Under the pieces are notes generated by a model. That model was not told where the DNA came from. It worked only from the letters and a program-made list of their open reading frames with translations, and did not search any database. Of a stretch of DNA of 64,000 nt, positions 1-14,864 are shown in pieces; the stretch's first letter is position 1, and every line of letters begins with the position of its first letter. This DNA comes from Octopus sinensis (taxonomy: Eukaryota), in contig NC_043013.1 in the NCBI RefSeq assembly GCF_006345805.1, positions 24,366,001 through 24,430,000 of the forward strand, written 5' to 3'. The translations under genes and the position numbers were made by a program.

Positions 1-1632
1 GCGGAAGTAAAGAGAAAAGGGAAAGTTTATAAATGAAGAATTTACCGCAAAGAGATTTACGGAAATGATTGTAGCTTGCCTCCACTGATGGAATATATTG
101 ATTTACAGACATGTTGATTATTCAAAGAAAAAGACTCGGATACAAGAAATCTAAGGCGACAATAAATATTGAAGAGAATTCTGGGGGCTTATTCTAAATT
201 ACTGCATGACATAGAAGCTCTTTCTGTTTGGAGAATGGTTGAATCAGACGACTTGCCTTTCATCTACTTCTCTTAAACCTTTCTCAATAATTCAGCAAAT
301 CAAACAGATTTTTCAAACAACTATTTTTAGAACAATATATTTCCCTGTATATCATTATTCTTTATTATCGAACGTAAGGTTTATTTATTCACCATTTAAT
401 AGGTATGCTATGGGGTTTTTTTTTATGCTGTACTGCTTCAATATCGAAAGAAACCGTTCAGTCTCACAAGCCTTCAATTTATCGCTATTTTCCCAACTTT
501 TTGACTTTTATTTCGGCCAGAAGTTCAGAACTCAAGAAAGTGTTTTTTTATGACCCATGGTTTAAATTTTACAGTGGTGAGGTGAAAGACTTGATTTGCC
601 CTTCATGTATCATAGCTCTCTAGTAGTAGTAGTAGAACATGCGTACGTATACAAATAGCATAGATTTCCTTTCGGAAATTCAGAATTAGTTACCGGCCTT
701 TCATTTAATTCAAACACTTTCTCCAACACACATGCACAGCGCAGAAACATCAACACACAGAGAAAAACATATACAGATACAGACGCACACATACTTCACT
801 TGCGTGTGCATATGCTTACGCACACATTACCATTATCTGCAGGAGCCGTAAGAAAGAACATTTAACTCCATTGCTGGAGATTTGTAAATAACATTTTCAC
901 GGTGAAATGCAATATTTGATGTTTACTTTGAAGTTCAATTGATCACTGAACCGGAAATAATCATTAGCTGTTTGATATTCGATCATCATTTATCTTTCAC
1001 ATCATTGAAATATTTGCTTCAGTGATTGATTATTTTCGTACCAGCTGATCTTTCAGATTCTGCGATTCAAACAGATCTATAAATGGTTGTAGAACACAAT
1101 AGACGAAAATGAATACACTGTTGAGATAAATTGAAAAAATTATCCAGTCTTACAAGGAATTCCACTAAGTGATCCCAGAATCAGTTGTACAACTCCTGGC
1201 ACAAGCGAACAAAATACAAACTGTGTCCCAGTAGACGAATGATAATATTAAGCCATCCAAATATTGCACAGAAAATTCTAACCAAGTTCTTTAATTTTAA
1301 CCACCGCAGGAAAGTGTTCTAAGCAATAGTTTCTTCTTATATGGACATTAATTACCGATTGCAATAACCAATCACAGCAAATGGTTCATATTTTTTCTGT
1401 TTTTATTTAAAAAACTAACTGGATGAGAAGTGGAGACTTCATTTTGACAATATATTGAATGTAAGTTTTTTAATAGTCAACATTTTAATATTATTTCCCG
1501 TTAAATATTTATTTCCCCACTTTGTATATACCCTTCCACCATGTCTTATTGTCTGCAAATCTATAATTTTACTATGTATATATGTATGCTATATTTTCGT
1601 AGTTCTTTTTTTCATTATTTAGTACATAGTGA

Positions 1633-1849
1633 GGTGGCGAGCTGGCAGAATCGTTAGCATGCCGGGAAAAATATGTTTAGCGCCATTTCGTCTGTCTTCA
1701 CGTTTTAAGTTCATATTCCGCTGAGGCCGGGGTCGACTTTGCCTTTCATCTTTTCGGGGTCGATAAAATAAGTACCAGTTGAGCACAGGGATCGAGGCAA
1801 GCAACTTACCACTCACCGAAATTGCTAGTCTTGTGGCAAAATTTGAAAC
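1633..1849 (+). mobile_element. tRNA-derived SINE, family A (Nin-domain-like)
   Basis: GGCGAGCTGGCAGAATCGTTAG head, GCCTTTCATC...GGGGTCGATAAAATAAGTACCAG body and CTTGTGGCAAAATTTGAAAC tail, all shared with other copies in the window. Confidence 0.8.
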
Positions 1850-3169
1850 TAATATTTATTGCATCGTGTCTTTATGTTATTTCTGTCAACTCAACAACTT
1901 CTTTTTGGTTACGACATTCACAAGTCTGATAAGGTGATGACGAATTGGTAGAGCCGTTAGGGGCGTAGAACAAAATGCCTTGTTGTTTATTCTGACTGTT
2001 TACACTCTCAGTTCAAACTTCGACCCAACAATCTCAATGGGCCTAAAAGAAGAAACAAACGTAAAGCAGTCGTTGTTAGTGTCTTTTGCTCCCTGTAAAC
2101 GGAAAAAGAAAAATTCACGTTATTCAGCTTTTTACTAAGTTTGCCTTCCATCCTTGCAGAGTTCAATAAATTATATACCAGTGATATACTATGGTAAAAT
2201 TAGTCTACTAGACGCTCTCCCAAATTTTCTGGACGTTCGAAATCACTATAGTGCAACTCGGTACCGTATTTACATTTGATTGTGATGAAAGTCAATAAAT
2301 AAGTACCAGTAATATACTCGATAGAATTAATCGACGGTATTCCTCTCGAACATTTTAACTAGATAATGTTAGAAACCATTGTTTTGAGTTTGCCGTTTAT
2401 CCTTGTAGAACCAGCACATTAGCTACCACATCACCTACCACATTACCTACCACAAGTACATTCTCTCAACATTCAACATTTTTATATTCTTCTTCCTACA
2501 TTTATTTTCTCGCACTACATAGACTTTTCTCACATGTCTAGGCGTCTATATATCTCCATATTTTTCATGCATGTGTGTATGTTATATACACATATATCAA
2601 GATGTTCTTATACGACCACATTTTCCTTTTTTCAAAAATTAGTGTGACATTTAACAAGATCATCAAGAACACGAATTTACGAAGAATACAAAGGCAAAAA
2701 CACACATATGTAATTTGAACAGTTTAGGGCAGGCTACGAAGTTACCAACGTAACTGGTGAATACTTACTGTTCTTACTAGGGCAACTATCAATTATTTCG
2801 TCATTGGTTTAGCTTTTAGTTGGCAATATTTGATAATTTCACTTTCTAAGCCGTTCATCTTGGCCTAATTTGATCGTTGGAACATTGTCTCGTCTTGGGT
2901 TCTTTGCAATGGTGTCAGTTATTTCCACGTCTTATAAATAATCCTACGCCCAGCCTACCCTTTCGGCCCGAGAATACAGCAGAGGAATGGTAGATATCCT
3001 TGACAGTAAAAGTAATTCGGTCCCGGAGGAGGAGAGGTCTCCAGTGCCCCCTCCACCCCTCGTCTTTGTACAACTGGTACATTCAAAGCCCAGATTTATT
3101 TGGAAGCCTACTCTTTCAGGTTTCTTTGCATTTTTATGTATCTTTGAGTTTTATGGCTAATAACAAAAG

Positions 3170-3202
<33 letters not shown>

Positions 3203-5207
3203 GTTTGAAATTTAATCATATTCTTGACTGCTGACATTTCCCCCTTACTTATGCTGTTAAAGGTTGAGAAAGGTTTGAACTTTCCACAGACTCTTTTATT
3301 TATTCCCCTTTTCACTTTTTCGCTGTGCCTACATGAAAAAAAAATCGATATACGATGCATGCAGTGTTCAAGGAAGATATATACCCTTTAAGATAAAAGT
3401 TTGTGTTTAGAAAAGGCCAATTATTATCAGCCGCCACATGTTGCTGGTCGAGTTTTCAACTGTAGCTAATTCTGTCTATTTTGATAGACAGGTCAGCATG
3501 AATGGAGATAACATCTTTCATCTCCCAGGAGACTCAGCGACAATGAGTAATGTAGAATTCCTCTCGGAGTATAAGGGATATTTAGTGGACAATTTCTTAC
3601 TATGGTAAAATGTTTGAAAAAAAAGGATGAAGGAATGAAAATGTTATCTACTGTTCTATATGAGGAAAATAAGTTGAATTGAAATTTGAAGAATGAACAC
3701 TAGCATATGATGCAGAGAGAAGTTTGGTAGAGTGAAAGAGATTTCCTTGTAGATGTATCAGCGATAATAAAGTGAAGCAAACTACTTTACGCAGTACAAA
3801 GGCCAAGGCTGTGTACTAGTTTAATGCCACAATTTTGCTTGACCAATTAAACTTTGATTTTGTCACATGCTGCCATCTACTTCCCAAGTGCTGTCTCTTT
3901 TGTTGATGTTATCGTTGCCACTTAACAATCATAAACCTTACACAGCCTTTCCCCAAATTAATTGGTTCTTTCTCCCCTACAACGCCATCGGGTGCTGGAA
4001 TAACTGATTCTATGTCTTGCCATAGTTGTTGGCGACGCGCTCAATATTATCTTTTGTTAAACTTATATAAAATGTTATTCTTTAACTATCAGCTAAAGTG
4101 GAACCATAGAAAAATATTTGGTTCTCATATCCTATATTTCTCGACATAGTCATATGGTATATCGTTCTGGTTCTTTGTCTCTGGCCAGCTCAGTATTCTC
4201 CTTTTCTCGATAATCTGAGGGAAAAAGAAATTCATAAGATAACAGTAACACGATAAAATGTATAAAGGGAGAAATAAGTCGGTGAAAGAGAAAGACACAG
4301 ATGGGGAGAGTTATAGGGTAAAGAGAGAGAGAAACAGGTATATGCATGTGTGTTTATAATACATACATGTATACATACACATGTAAGTATGTATGTATGT
4401 ATTGAGAGAGAGAGAGGCGGAGGGGGGAAAGAAAAGTTTGATGGTACCTGTCAAAGAGAAGTATGTACTGGTAGTGATGATAAATCCGTATTTGGTTTGT
4501 GGAATGGAAACAGAAATTCGAGAAATAAAACAATGGCTCCATCTAGCGACCAGAAAAAGTAAAACTTTATCTTCCGAATGTTTTTTTTATATCGAAAAAA
4601 TGTTGGACTGTAAAGTTAAGTTAGTCCTTAAGCTCTCCGATGTCGTCTTGTTGAAGGTATCCAAATATTAGACTCAACACTTTAGGAAGAATGAAAATAG
4701 TTAAAAACGGGATAGAAATAATCCCCTAATTTCCCCAGGCAATGATAAAAAAATGAAGTACTAATATTTAAATGCTGTATCTGCCAGCCCATTTCTAAAT
4801 TATATTCTGGACTCTTATAAAAATAACCCAGAAACCCTGATTATCTTTAACTAATTGATGTTGATTGTGACTTGAGAAAACGACATTTACAGTATTATGT
4901 CACTCAAGTTAGTCTTCTTCGAAGTTTAAATATTATTGACTTGTCGGATGGAAAACGAAATGAGGTTTACATTGAAGCTGGTTGTTTGAGTAACTTTATT
5001 AAGCGATAATGATTGTTGAATGTTGTCCTAAGATAATATTGGTGTAGCGTTGATAATCAGAAAGTTGCCAAACCTATATTGTTGAAGACAAACACATTTG
5101 AAATATCTTGTGTATGTTAAAGTTGTTTTGTATATTGTTCTAGACATAATTTAATACTTGCGAGGCTAGAAAGCATTTAGTTTCAATATTATATACAAAA
5201 AGCAAAT

Positions 5208-5710
5208 CGGCGAGCTGGCAGAAACGTTAGCACGCTGGTATTTCGTCTGTTTTTACGTTCTGAGTTCAAATTCCGCTGAGGTCGAATTTGCCTTTCATCC
5301 TTTCGGGGTCGATAAATTAAGTACCAGTTGCGTACTGGGATTGATCTAATCGACTGGCTCCCTCTCCCCCAAATTTCGGGCCTTGTGCCTAGAGTAGAAA
5401 AGAATATTTAATTACAAAAAGCGCTAATGACGATTTTACTTTTCATCCTTTCGGGTTCGATAAAATAAATCTAGTTGAGCATTGGGGTCAATGTAACCGA
5501 TTTACCCCCTACCTGCGAAATTGCTGGCCTTGTGCCAACATTTGAAACCAATATTATATACAAAAAGAAGGCGGTGAGCTGGCTGAATCGCGAATACTCC
5601 AGGCAAACTGCCGAGTGGCATTCTGACCGTCTTTGCCTTCTGGTTTTAAATTCTGCCCGGATCGACTTTGCCTTTCATTCTTTTGGAGTCGATAAAATAC
5701 TAGTTGGCTG
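5208..5710 (+). mobile_element. Three consecutive family-A SINE copies (~5208-5405, ~5432-5550, ~5569-5710)
   Basis: Each repeats the TTTCATC..TTCGG.GTCGATAAA body seen at 1633-1849. Confidence 0.75.
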
Positions 5711-5899
5711 ACGGAGATTGAAATAGAATGCCCGATAGAGCCCCTACAGAAAGTTTGTCTCTAAGGGACAGCAATAATTATCAGGAGGGAGCTAAGCACT
5801 TTAAACACTGCTGAAAACTTGTGGATACCTACGGTTACAGGCAGTAACCTTTTTTTCTGCATAATTCTTACCAGGAATATGACCAAACCTAAGCCAAAC

Positions 5900-6564
5900 C
5901 AAAATAATAATAATGAGATACCTATCTCAAAGTAAGGAAACCTTGCTAATGTCAGGAGTGAGGGAGTACTGAAAGTAGAGAAAAGGGGAAAAACAAAGTA
6001 AGAAGTACAAAAAGGACATGAGTTAGCATTACTCAAGAAGGGACTACAGAATCAATTCCATGTAACCACAACAGAAGTTGCTGGAAAGCACATGTAGTAT
6101 TGGCTGAAGAAAGGAACACTGAACAAAAAGACCGAGAGCACGATATTGGCAGCGCAAGACCAAGCTTTGGCCACGAATTGGAGGCCCAACCTTAGAAATG
6201 AGCAAGTGTGTCTACTGTGCTGCATCTGTAATAGAGTGAATGAAACCATTGCGCATATCACGAACGAATGCCCTAGACTTGCCCAAAACCACTACAAGTT
6301 GTGGCGACACGATCAGGTAGCGGAAGTGCTACATTGGAAACGGTGTGAAAAGAAAAGTGGGGGCTAGAGAGAGGCAAGACGTGGTATGAACACAAACCGC
6401 AGAGAGTGGCGGGGTCGGAGACTAGCAAAATCGACTGAGATTTCCCAGTCCAAACAAATCAGCTGCTAGAGCATAACAGACCGGACCTAGTGGTAGTGGA
6501 CAAGGTGCATCACATGTGCTATGTAGCGTGCCCCCTTAACCTACGAATAGTCAAGAAGGAAGGC

Positions 6565-6609
<45 letters not shown>

Positions 6610-6876
6610 ATAATCCTCTTAAGTACGAAATAGCCCCAGCTATGGAAAATGAAGGTGAAGAGAGTGCCAGTTATTATTGGGTCCTTGGGATCAGTATCAG
6701 AAAGCATGAAAAGGGATATAAAAGAAATCAGAAAAGTGCCCAGTAGAACTGTTACAAAAGGTTTGCTTCCTTGACACGGCTAGAATAATCAGGAAAGTAT
6801 TAGATAGGTGAAAGGAACGGATAGCATGGTACCGCAGGCAGCAAGCATGACTCCAAGAGTTACAACAAAACCTGAG
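5900..6876 (+). mobile_element. R4/Dong-clade (RLE) non-LTR retrotransposon, 3' fragment, degenerate
   Basis: TESTILAAQDQALAT, CxxC..ETIAHITNECPRLA...RHDQVA (CCHC), HNRPDLVVVDK, VPVIIGSLG. (TA)n insert at ~6568-6612; (GAT)n(AAT)n tail at 6877-6924. Confidence 0.85.
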
Positions 6877-7193
6877 ATGATGATGATGATGATGATGATG
6901 ATAATAATAATAATAATAATAATAAACCTCCCACTCGTTTTGAATTTTGACACCTCTGGATCAGACGGTTGTCGTATTCCACTAGGCAAATTTTCTCTCG
7001 AAGGCTGAACCAATATTTTATTAGTGAAGGAAATATGTTTTCAACGAACTCAGGGGCGTATAAAGCTTTTGCTTAAAAAAACTTATTGGTTTCAACTTTG
7101 TAATTGTGAACATTCGATTTTATTATTTTCCTGCTCTACAGTGACAACTAAAATTTAGATAGTCATTAGTTATCCGTTGCCGTTGTGGTGATG

Positions 7194-7225
<32 letters not shown>

Positions 7226-8242
7226 TAGTGGTAGTAGTATAGACCCAAGCGTTATTTTCTGCCAGACAGATAAATAGAATCAGATTTAAATAACAACGAG
7301 CAGGAAATATCAGAGAGCCAAACCTCTGATAACATTCTCAACATTCATGGAAATAGAGAGCAAAATAAAACTTTAAGAAAAAGCCAATCCTCCACATGTC
7401 CGACTAATTTCATTACTCCAACTGTTTTCCACTAAGTCCATCATCACAATGTCCAGCAGAGTAATCATTATTACGAGCACTAATCACCACCACCACCATC
7501 ACCATCATCACGCCTACAGGATTTGGTACAGTCTCAAGCTAAATAATATGTATATATTTAGATTTAAAATAGAAATAACAGTAGCATCTACGTTTGCCGA
7601 ATCTTTTCAAGCCAAGCCTCTTATCGTAGCTGTACGCTTTGGCCCAATATCAGGCAGTTTTACTGAACTGTTCACAAACTTTCGCATAAAAATATATTTC
7701 TTGCCATATTTTTTCTAACTTCGTAAATACATTTTCTCATATAGCTACATATAATTCTAACAAATATAACAACATGTATGCATAATAACTTTACTGAAAA
7801 TTGCAACAATCTCTCTTTCACTCAGACCAATTGAGTCAAACGTTGTACAATTGGCAGTTATTTCTCGCCAATCAATTCACTTTCAGCGAATTCGCAACGA
7901 ACGTTGTCAGAACGATTACCTATATAATACAGAGCATTTGTATACTTTGTTTATTATCATATTTACATGTAAAAATCATTAACGTAACGCAAATTATCAA
8001 CACAATACATATTCAAATTTTTATCCCGCCATTGCATACAGCGTAGCCATACACCACTATATACATACACATGTACACTCATATATACACACAGACACAT
8101 ACAAATACACAGACACACAAAACTAACGAGAAATCTGATAAAATGTGAGCGTAAATGGGAATCGAACCTTCGTAACCTTTGTTGATGCACCGATGAAATT
8201 ATTGCTACGCCATTAACACGCCTTCATTATATGCTTTTACTT

Positions 8243-8613
8243 TGGATGGAAGCACTCCGTCGGTTACGACGACAAGGGTTCCGGTTGATCCGAATCAATG
8301 GAACAGCCTGCTCGTGAAATTAATGTGTAAGTGGCTGAGCACTCCACAGACACGTGTACCCTTAACGTAGTTCTCGGGGATATTTAGCGTGACACAGAGA
8401 GTGACAAGGCCGGCCCTTTGAAATACAGGTACAACAGAAACAGGAAGTAAGAGTGAAAGAGTACAGCAGGGATCACCACCATCCCCTGCCGGAGCCTCGT
8501 GGAGCTTTAGGTGTTTTCGCTCAATAAACACTCACAACGCCCGGTCTGGGAATCGAAACCGCGATCCTATGACCGCGAGTCCGCTGCCCTAACCACTGGG
8601 CCATTGCGCCTCC
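8243..8613 (-). mobile_element. tRNA-derived SINE, family B
   Basis: Near-identical reverse complement of 13390-13782; tRNA-like head GGAGGCGCAATGGCCCAGTGG...GGTTTCGATTCCC. Confidence 0.85.
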
Positions 8614-10223
8614 ACTGCTTTTTACTTTAATACAGGTATAAAGTAATTTTAATTTTCTTTTTAATATTTAAAAAAATTATTTACGTTTGTGTTTATTTCT
8701 GTTTTCCGATATTACGGTGGATTCGAGTTGAACATTTTATACTGAAAGTATAGACCGTTGCCTCGTCTATTTAGACCACCAAGGAACCCGAATCTAGTTT
8801 CCTTACGAATTGTAATTTGAATAATTGATTTTAGATTTTCAATTATATTTAGTGATCGCTGGACAAGGATTTAACAGTAAAACTTGAGCATAGATTGTAA
8901 TCATGACCAACCTGTCAATCTCTTTACAGAACAAAAATTGACCATGCTTTGGGCCATTTTCAGCTGAATAAAATATGATGATGCTGATATTGATTTAGGG
9001 TAAAATTTCAATATCAGGACCATAAACACTCATACTAAGTGCCTGTAGGGTAGGACTGAGCTCCCTGTTACTGCAGGATATAAAGAATAATGCTGTTTAA
9101 CTAGAATTCCACTTTTCTCTCCTGATTTCTACATTCGTTCTACTTGGAACATGAGATGCCTTTGTGTTTTGAATGGAATATATCTCGAATTGTTGATTGT
9201 ATGCTAACCACGTGCATTGCTCGACAAATAGCAATTATTTATAGAATTCAATGGCGAGGTTTACTTTGTATGAGATCGCAAAAAATGTTCTCGTTGTTGT
9301 TTAAACTTAGTTTAACTCTGATCGAGCAGATCTATGAGGAAACGTTTCCATCCATGACCATCCCGTCTCTTAGCACACCGCAACTAAAGCTACTTTAGCC
9401 AATATATACTGTTCTTAGAAAAATTGTATGATTTGAGGGAGACTTTTCAGCTCTTTCTAGTAAGTCGAGCACCATAATTCAATATATTCTATTTTAAGAT
9501 GATAGGATGCAACGTGAAGGAGCGTTGGCTGCCATTTCTAGCGGATAGTGACGATGTACTATTTATCCTGTTGACATTGAAGCCTATGTTACTTTAATAC
9601 GAATCTTCTGTTTTCCTACAGAAAATAAACTCATTCAAAGAAAATTGTGATGCTATTTAGAAAGAAATTATTATTGGTGTGTCCGGGGTTAGGCGTAAGA
9701 CTCAAACTTATAGAGAAACATAATTTTATATTAGGCGATTAGATTGTTGCATGTGAAGTGAAAACGCTTCAATGTGTTGCCAACTCATTTCTGGATTTAT
9801 TTTCCCAAAGTATAAAGCAAACCCTTTAAATCAGTTACTCGTGTTCATCGTGAGATACCAATAGTTTAGAAAGCAAAATGGATTTCTGTAAGATTTCATC
9901 ATAGAAAGTATTGAAACTAGTCGAGCGTGTAAAGTATGAGTCACTCTCGCAAAATGCCTTAATATTGGTTTCTTAATTCACTCTTAGGCCGATATTTCGC
10001 ATTTAATCTTTCTTCAGCTGATGCTTAGTTAACCTATTTCGAAGTAACGAAATGCAAAATCTGTTTTGTCTTAAATGAATTCAGAGAAATACAAAAACGA
10101 AATTATTTTCCATATTTATTCTGACGCTTTGTAACTTCAACCAAATTGCAGGCTTTAGGAAAATACTTTGACAGGGAAACAAAGTGAAGTCGAAGACACG
10201 GTGTGTAGAGGACTATCTCATTC

Positions 10224-10254
<31 letters not shown>

Positions 10255-11537
10255 CACACACACACACCCACGCACGCACGCACGTACACCCCCCGAAGAA
10301 ACAATTGTCAAATAACATTTTTGTAAAGGTAAATAGAAATTTAGAGGAAACAGCATTTATCAAACGTATAAATATGAGTAACAGCAATCTCATCGCGCTC
10401 TTCATTGACCAGGTTCTTGTCTCGCGTAATCCATTATAATAGCTGTGTGTACCACAGAAAGATATGACCAAACTATTTGCACGTGGAATTATTTAATCCC
10501 ACTCACTCGCATTAGAATCATTCCAATGCCATACCATTGATTTACAGGAGATGGGGCTTATCAATTTTCAGTTGAAAAGTATAGTTGCTATGTTGCAAAA
10601 GTCGATCTCAGATCAGGAAGATATAATCACTAGAAGTTTGATAGTTTATCGTTTCATTTTTGTGGATTAATCAAAGGAGCAAGAACAACGGTCATGGTTC
10701 TTTTCAGAGTTTCTAAAAGTTTTGGTGGAAAGGAGAGAGATGGACACTCGGAAACCACAATTCATGTGTTGTGGCTGCAGTGGAAAAATAGTGGATTCGC
10801 TGCTTTCCTCGTAAACTACTTTCTTTAAAAAATATTTTACCTTAGACACAAGACTTAGAATTTTGAGATACGGGATAGAGGCTAAATCGATGAACTTCTC
10901 CTGAAGAATGAAAGCGAAAGTCAGCCATGACGGGATTTGATCTCTGAACGGAGAAATATGTAGCTAAATAATGCTATACTGATTCTGCTATCCATCAATC
11001 CAAGAGCTGTCATAACGATACCAACAAAAATTTCCAGTTGAAATAAAATTAGTTTAACGATATTAGTGATTATAAATAAATAAGAGTATAATGTTATGGA
11101 GCAACCCGAAAGTTGAACCCCTTTTATATTTGTTGCCAGACAATAAATACCATCCCTTTTGCGCTGTTTGCGGAAGAAGCTCCCCGTAGACAAAATATAT
11201 ATAAATATATTTCCCGAGACGACGGCCAGACGGATTAAAAATGTGTAATGTCAGAGCAGATGTCGTTTTGACTGAAGTGGTTTCTTCTTAGCACTGTTAA
11301 TGTTCCTTCCACATGGCTATCACAACTCCACCCCAACCATACACCCAGACACGTTTTTATCTGCTGCTAGCTTCTACTCTAATTGAGACGAAGGACTTAT
11401 ATAAATACGGAAACGTATGTATGTACGTATGCGCGTACTCATTCACACTTTCGCATTTACATGCGCGCGTACACACAGTTATCTTGACTTTTACTCCATT
11501 ATTCTGTGTATGAATGTTTCTATCTATAATATATATA

Positions 11538-11580
<43 letters not shown>

Positions 11581-12989
11581 TATATATCTTATATATAGAT
11601 ATATATATATATATATGGTTGTATACATTTACACACACGTATGTACGTATCTAGGTTAATGCATATATATATATATATACATACATACGCATACACTCAC
11701 ACACTCACAGTTCCGAAAATGCTTATTTTAATCAATCATTGTCAGGAAATTATGTAATGACAATTTCGAAATGACAAAATAGTTCTGTAGCAGAGTATAA
11801 CAATGTAGAGTTATTAAATGTTAATCTTAAACAATGTTGTGATGTACGAGTACGATGTATTTAATAGGGGAAAGATAATTTCGACTCGGTTAAATATCAT
11901 CCACTTCAGTAGAGTCACCATTATTTAATCGTTCTATCCTGTGTAGATGATATCTGAAATTCATTTTTTGTTGTTTTAAAACAAATTTTCTGACATTAGT
12001 CAGAAAAAAGGAAGCTCCCAAGGCCAGTGGGAGGAAGTTATCATCAGACGGTTGTCTTCAAAACTGACGACGAAGTGGGCTCCATTAAAGACACAGAGAG
12101 AACAGAACGGCAGAACGGTACTTGTGATGGAATTCAGTATTGTTTTTGTCTTCTAAATTTAATTAACAATGTTTTAGCTGAAACAAGGCTATTGTAGAAC
12201 ACGCTCAGATGAATTGAACTCGAAACCACGTAGTTGCGTGGGAAACTTAAACACCCAGCTATGTCTATGCTGACATACATTTGACAATTAGTGTACAACA
12301 TTTACGTGATATGCCCTGGAGTTATCGAGTTTAGTAATTCTATTAAAATTGCCAGGTTTCGGCAAATATTTATAGGTTGTGTAAATGTTAAATGAAAGAA
12401 GAACCATTGCGTTTCTAAGTTTCTTAGATTCCACGAAAATGTAAGACCATAAAAAAAAAAAAAAACGGTTTTAACTGAAGTATTTATATATTTTCTATTG
12501 CTTCGCTGGCAATGTGTCTCCTCTTATCTCTCACTATTCTAGTTACTGTTGAACTTCTGTACTGCATACACTAAAACAAATTAATGTTTAATTTGTCCGA
12601 CCTGCAACCGATGCTAAACATTTTTCTTTCACGTTAAAAACATGAACAAATTTCAAAATATTGTTAGGATAATGAGGTCATACTGGTTTAAGTAAACTTG
12701 AGTATTTACATGGTCAGGAAAACTTCCCTGTCAATGCAAATCATATTAATTATAAAAAGCTCATGTAATGTTATTCATTTATATCAAATGTCAGCATATC
12801 TACAATAACCCCAAGGACTAACAACGCTTCAGGCTACTACTTGTCTACCTTGGTTCGGTGTTTTTTTTTTATTTTCATTTCTTCTTTTTCCTTTTTATCT
12901 CTTCACTCTCGACTGTTCTGGTGTTTGTTTCTCTTCTTTTTACTTTTGTTAGTTCTTTCAATTTTTCTTTTAAAACCGTTTCTCCACTT

Positions 12990-13370
12990 TTCGTGTCTTT
13001 ATTTCCCTCTTAAAATTGTTCCCAACGTTGCCAGCCACAGGAAATGCTGCCGAGATCAGAGCATCTGTTATTCTGTTTCTTGAAGAAAGAAGTTTGTTTT
13101 TTTTTCACCAGAAAACTCATCTATTGCTAAAACCCACAACGGTGTTCAGAATGCTGTGATATGCTGAGCTGGTTCATCAAAACAGATTTCTGCAAATGTG
13201 GTCATCGATAGTCAGACACCCGTTCCTTATACCTCACTCCTTTAACTAAGCTGCCATATCTGGTCAAGCGTATACTGATAATGAATTCTCGGAATCTAGA
13301 GTAACACCAGGCGCTCACAGCATTTTAACGACTGGACAGCGTGGATGACGCAGTGTTAAATCTTGAATTT
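12990..13370 (-). mobile_element. Very decayed L2/CR1-type RT C-terminal fragment
   Basis: Broken minus-strand frames give LGVTLDSE..., SVLMNQL..., LQETE remnants resembling the NLGV.LD...SRLDYCN...LQ..QN region. Confidence 0.4.
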
Positions 13371-13389
13371 CAATAAGTATTAATGCAGA

Positions 13390-13782
13390 GGAGGCGCAAT
13401 GGCCCAGTGGTTAGGGCAGCGGACTCGCGGTCATAGGATCTCGGTTTCGATTCCCAGACCGGGCGTTGTGAGTGTTTATTGAGCGAAAACACCTAAAGCT
13501 CCACGAGGCTCCGGCAGGGGATGGTGGTGATCCCTACTGTACTCTTTCACCACAACTTTCTCTCTCACTCTTTCTTTCTGTTTCTATTGTACCTGTATTT
13601 CAAAGGGCCGGCCTTGTCACTCTCTGTGTCACGCTGAATATCCCCGAGAACTACTTTAAGGGTACACGTATCTGTGGAGTGCTCAGCCACTTACACGTTA
13701 ATTTCACGAGCAGGCTGTTCCGTTGATTCGGATCAACCGGAACCCTCGTCGTCGTAACCGACGGAGTGCTTCCATCCATCCA
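13390..13782 (+). mobile_element. tRNA-derived SINE, family B
   Basis: A/B-box tRNA-like head, same body as 8243-8613, (TCCA)n tail. Confidence 0.85.
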
Positions 13783-13799
13783 TTAATGCAGATTATGAA

Positions 13800-14330
13800 C
13801 AAAGAAGTTTTTGTGGTTGTTCTGGGAGTCGACGAGGATGCACTGAACAACATTAGTGTCAACCTGTCCTGTAAAAATGTCGGGGACATGGCGAAACCCT
13901 CCTACACTCGATCGTTTTTGGTGCTCGTGGTATGTCGATTTATGAAATCGTGTGGAATAGCTGTGAGGGTGCGTAATAGGTATCTAGCTTTGTACAGAAA
14001 CCACTGAGTTCGACCGACAGCCTTCTTTGGTAAGAAAGAGTAAACTGTTTTCCCCTGCTTGGTAACTATAACGAAAAAGCTAATATGCTGGACGAAGTTA
14101 GGAAATGTTCAAAGGACTGAAAACAGGGCTTCGGTCAAAACTTCAACTTCAAGTTTTTCTTAAGGCAGAAAGTGAAGTTTAAGACAGAACTACTTCCTCC
14201 AACAAATTTCATGAAAGACGAGCATGGTGAATATAGTTAAGGTGAGGAGGTTGATTCTCTTATTTCGCCTGACCAGAATGTGGTTTTGGAATTGGATTGG
14301 CCCGATCCTCTTTTCCCTTGTAGGGAAATG
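13800..14330 (+). mobile_element. Decayed Tx1/L1-type ORF2 C-terminal fragment
   Basis: Broken frames resemble the L1/Tx1 C-terminal region (FGKKE*TVFPCLVTITKKLICWTK); many stops. Confidence 0.35.
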
Positions 14331-14359
14331 AAAAGTTGCGAGCTAACAATTGTTTTAGT

Positions 14360-14517
14360 GCGTCGGGCAAATGGCTGAACGGTACTCGTTCGTCTTCATG
14401 TTCTTAGTTCAAATTCTGCCGAGATCGACTTTGCTTTTCATCTTTTCGGAGTCGTTAAAATATATGCCAATTGAACACCACTCGAACTTGCAGGCCTTGT
14501 GCCAAAATTTGAAACTA
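14360..14517 (+). mobile_element. Family-A SINE (degenerate)
   Basis: GATCGACTTTGCTTTTCATCTTTTCGGAGTCG body and GGCCTTGTGCCAAAATTTGAAAC tail. Confidence 0.7.
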
Positions 14518-14864
14518 TCTTTGTTATATTTACATTTGTATGATAAATATAGCATTCCTGTTTTACGAAAATGGGACGATAGATACATTATATACTGCAA
14601 TTCAGTAAAGTTACTGTGAGGTCTTTGCTTTCCACTCACCTCTGCACAACATTGTATAGACATTACTTATTGCTGAGAGTGACGTGTGAGCAGCAAATCG
14701 GCCTCCGGTGCAAAAGATTTCTAGTTAAGTTTGTCTCTTCTTTATGAACAGCTCCCATGAACGTTAATTTAATTATCAAAGTTCAATAATAATAATGTTG
14801 ATGATGGTAATGACGACAACGACGGCGATGAATATTATGATGGTGATGATGGTGATGATAATGA

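Noticed and set aside
2930-3170. GC-richer open frame (MVDILDSKSNSVPEEERSPVPPPP..)
   Set aside because: No splice signals or homology recognised; probably a transposon remnant.
8540-8613. tRNA-like sequences (also 8150-8222, 13390-13455 and the heads of the other SINEs)
   Set aside because: They are SINE heads: no complete acceptor stem, and they continue into SINE bodies.
10103-10471. Minus ORF with signal-peptide-like MRLLLLIFIRLINAVSS
   Set aside because: It runs into a (TG)n repeat, has no convincing donor and no recognisable family.
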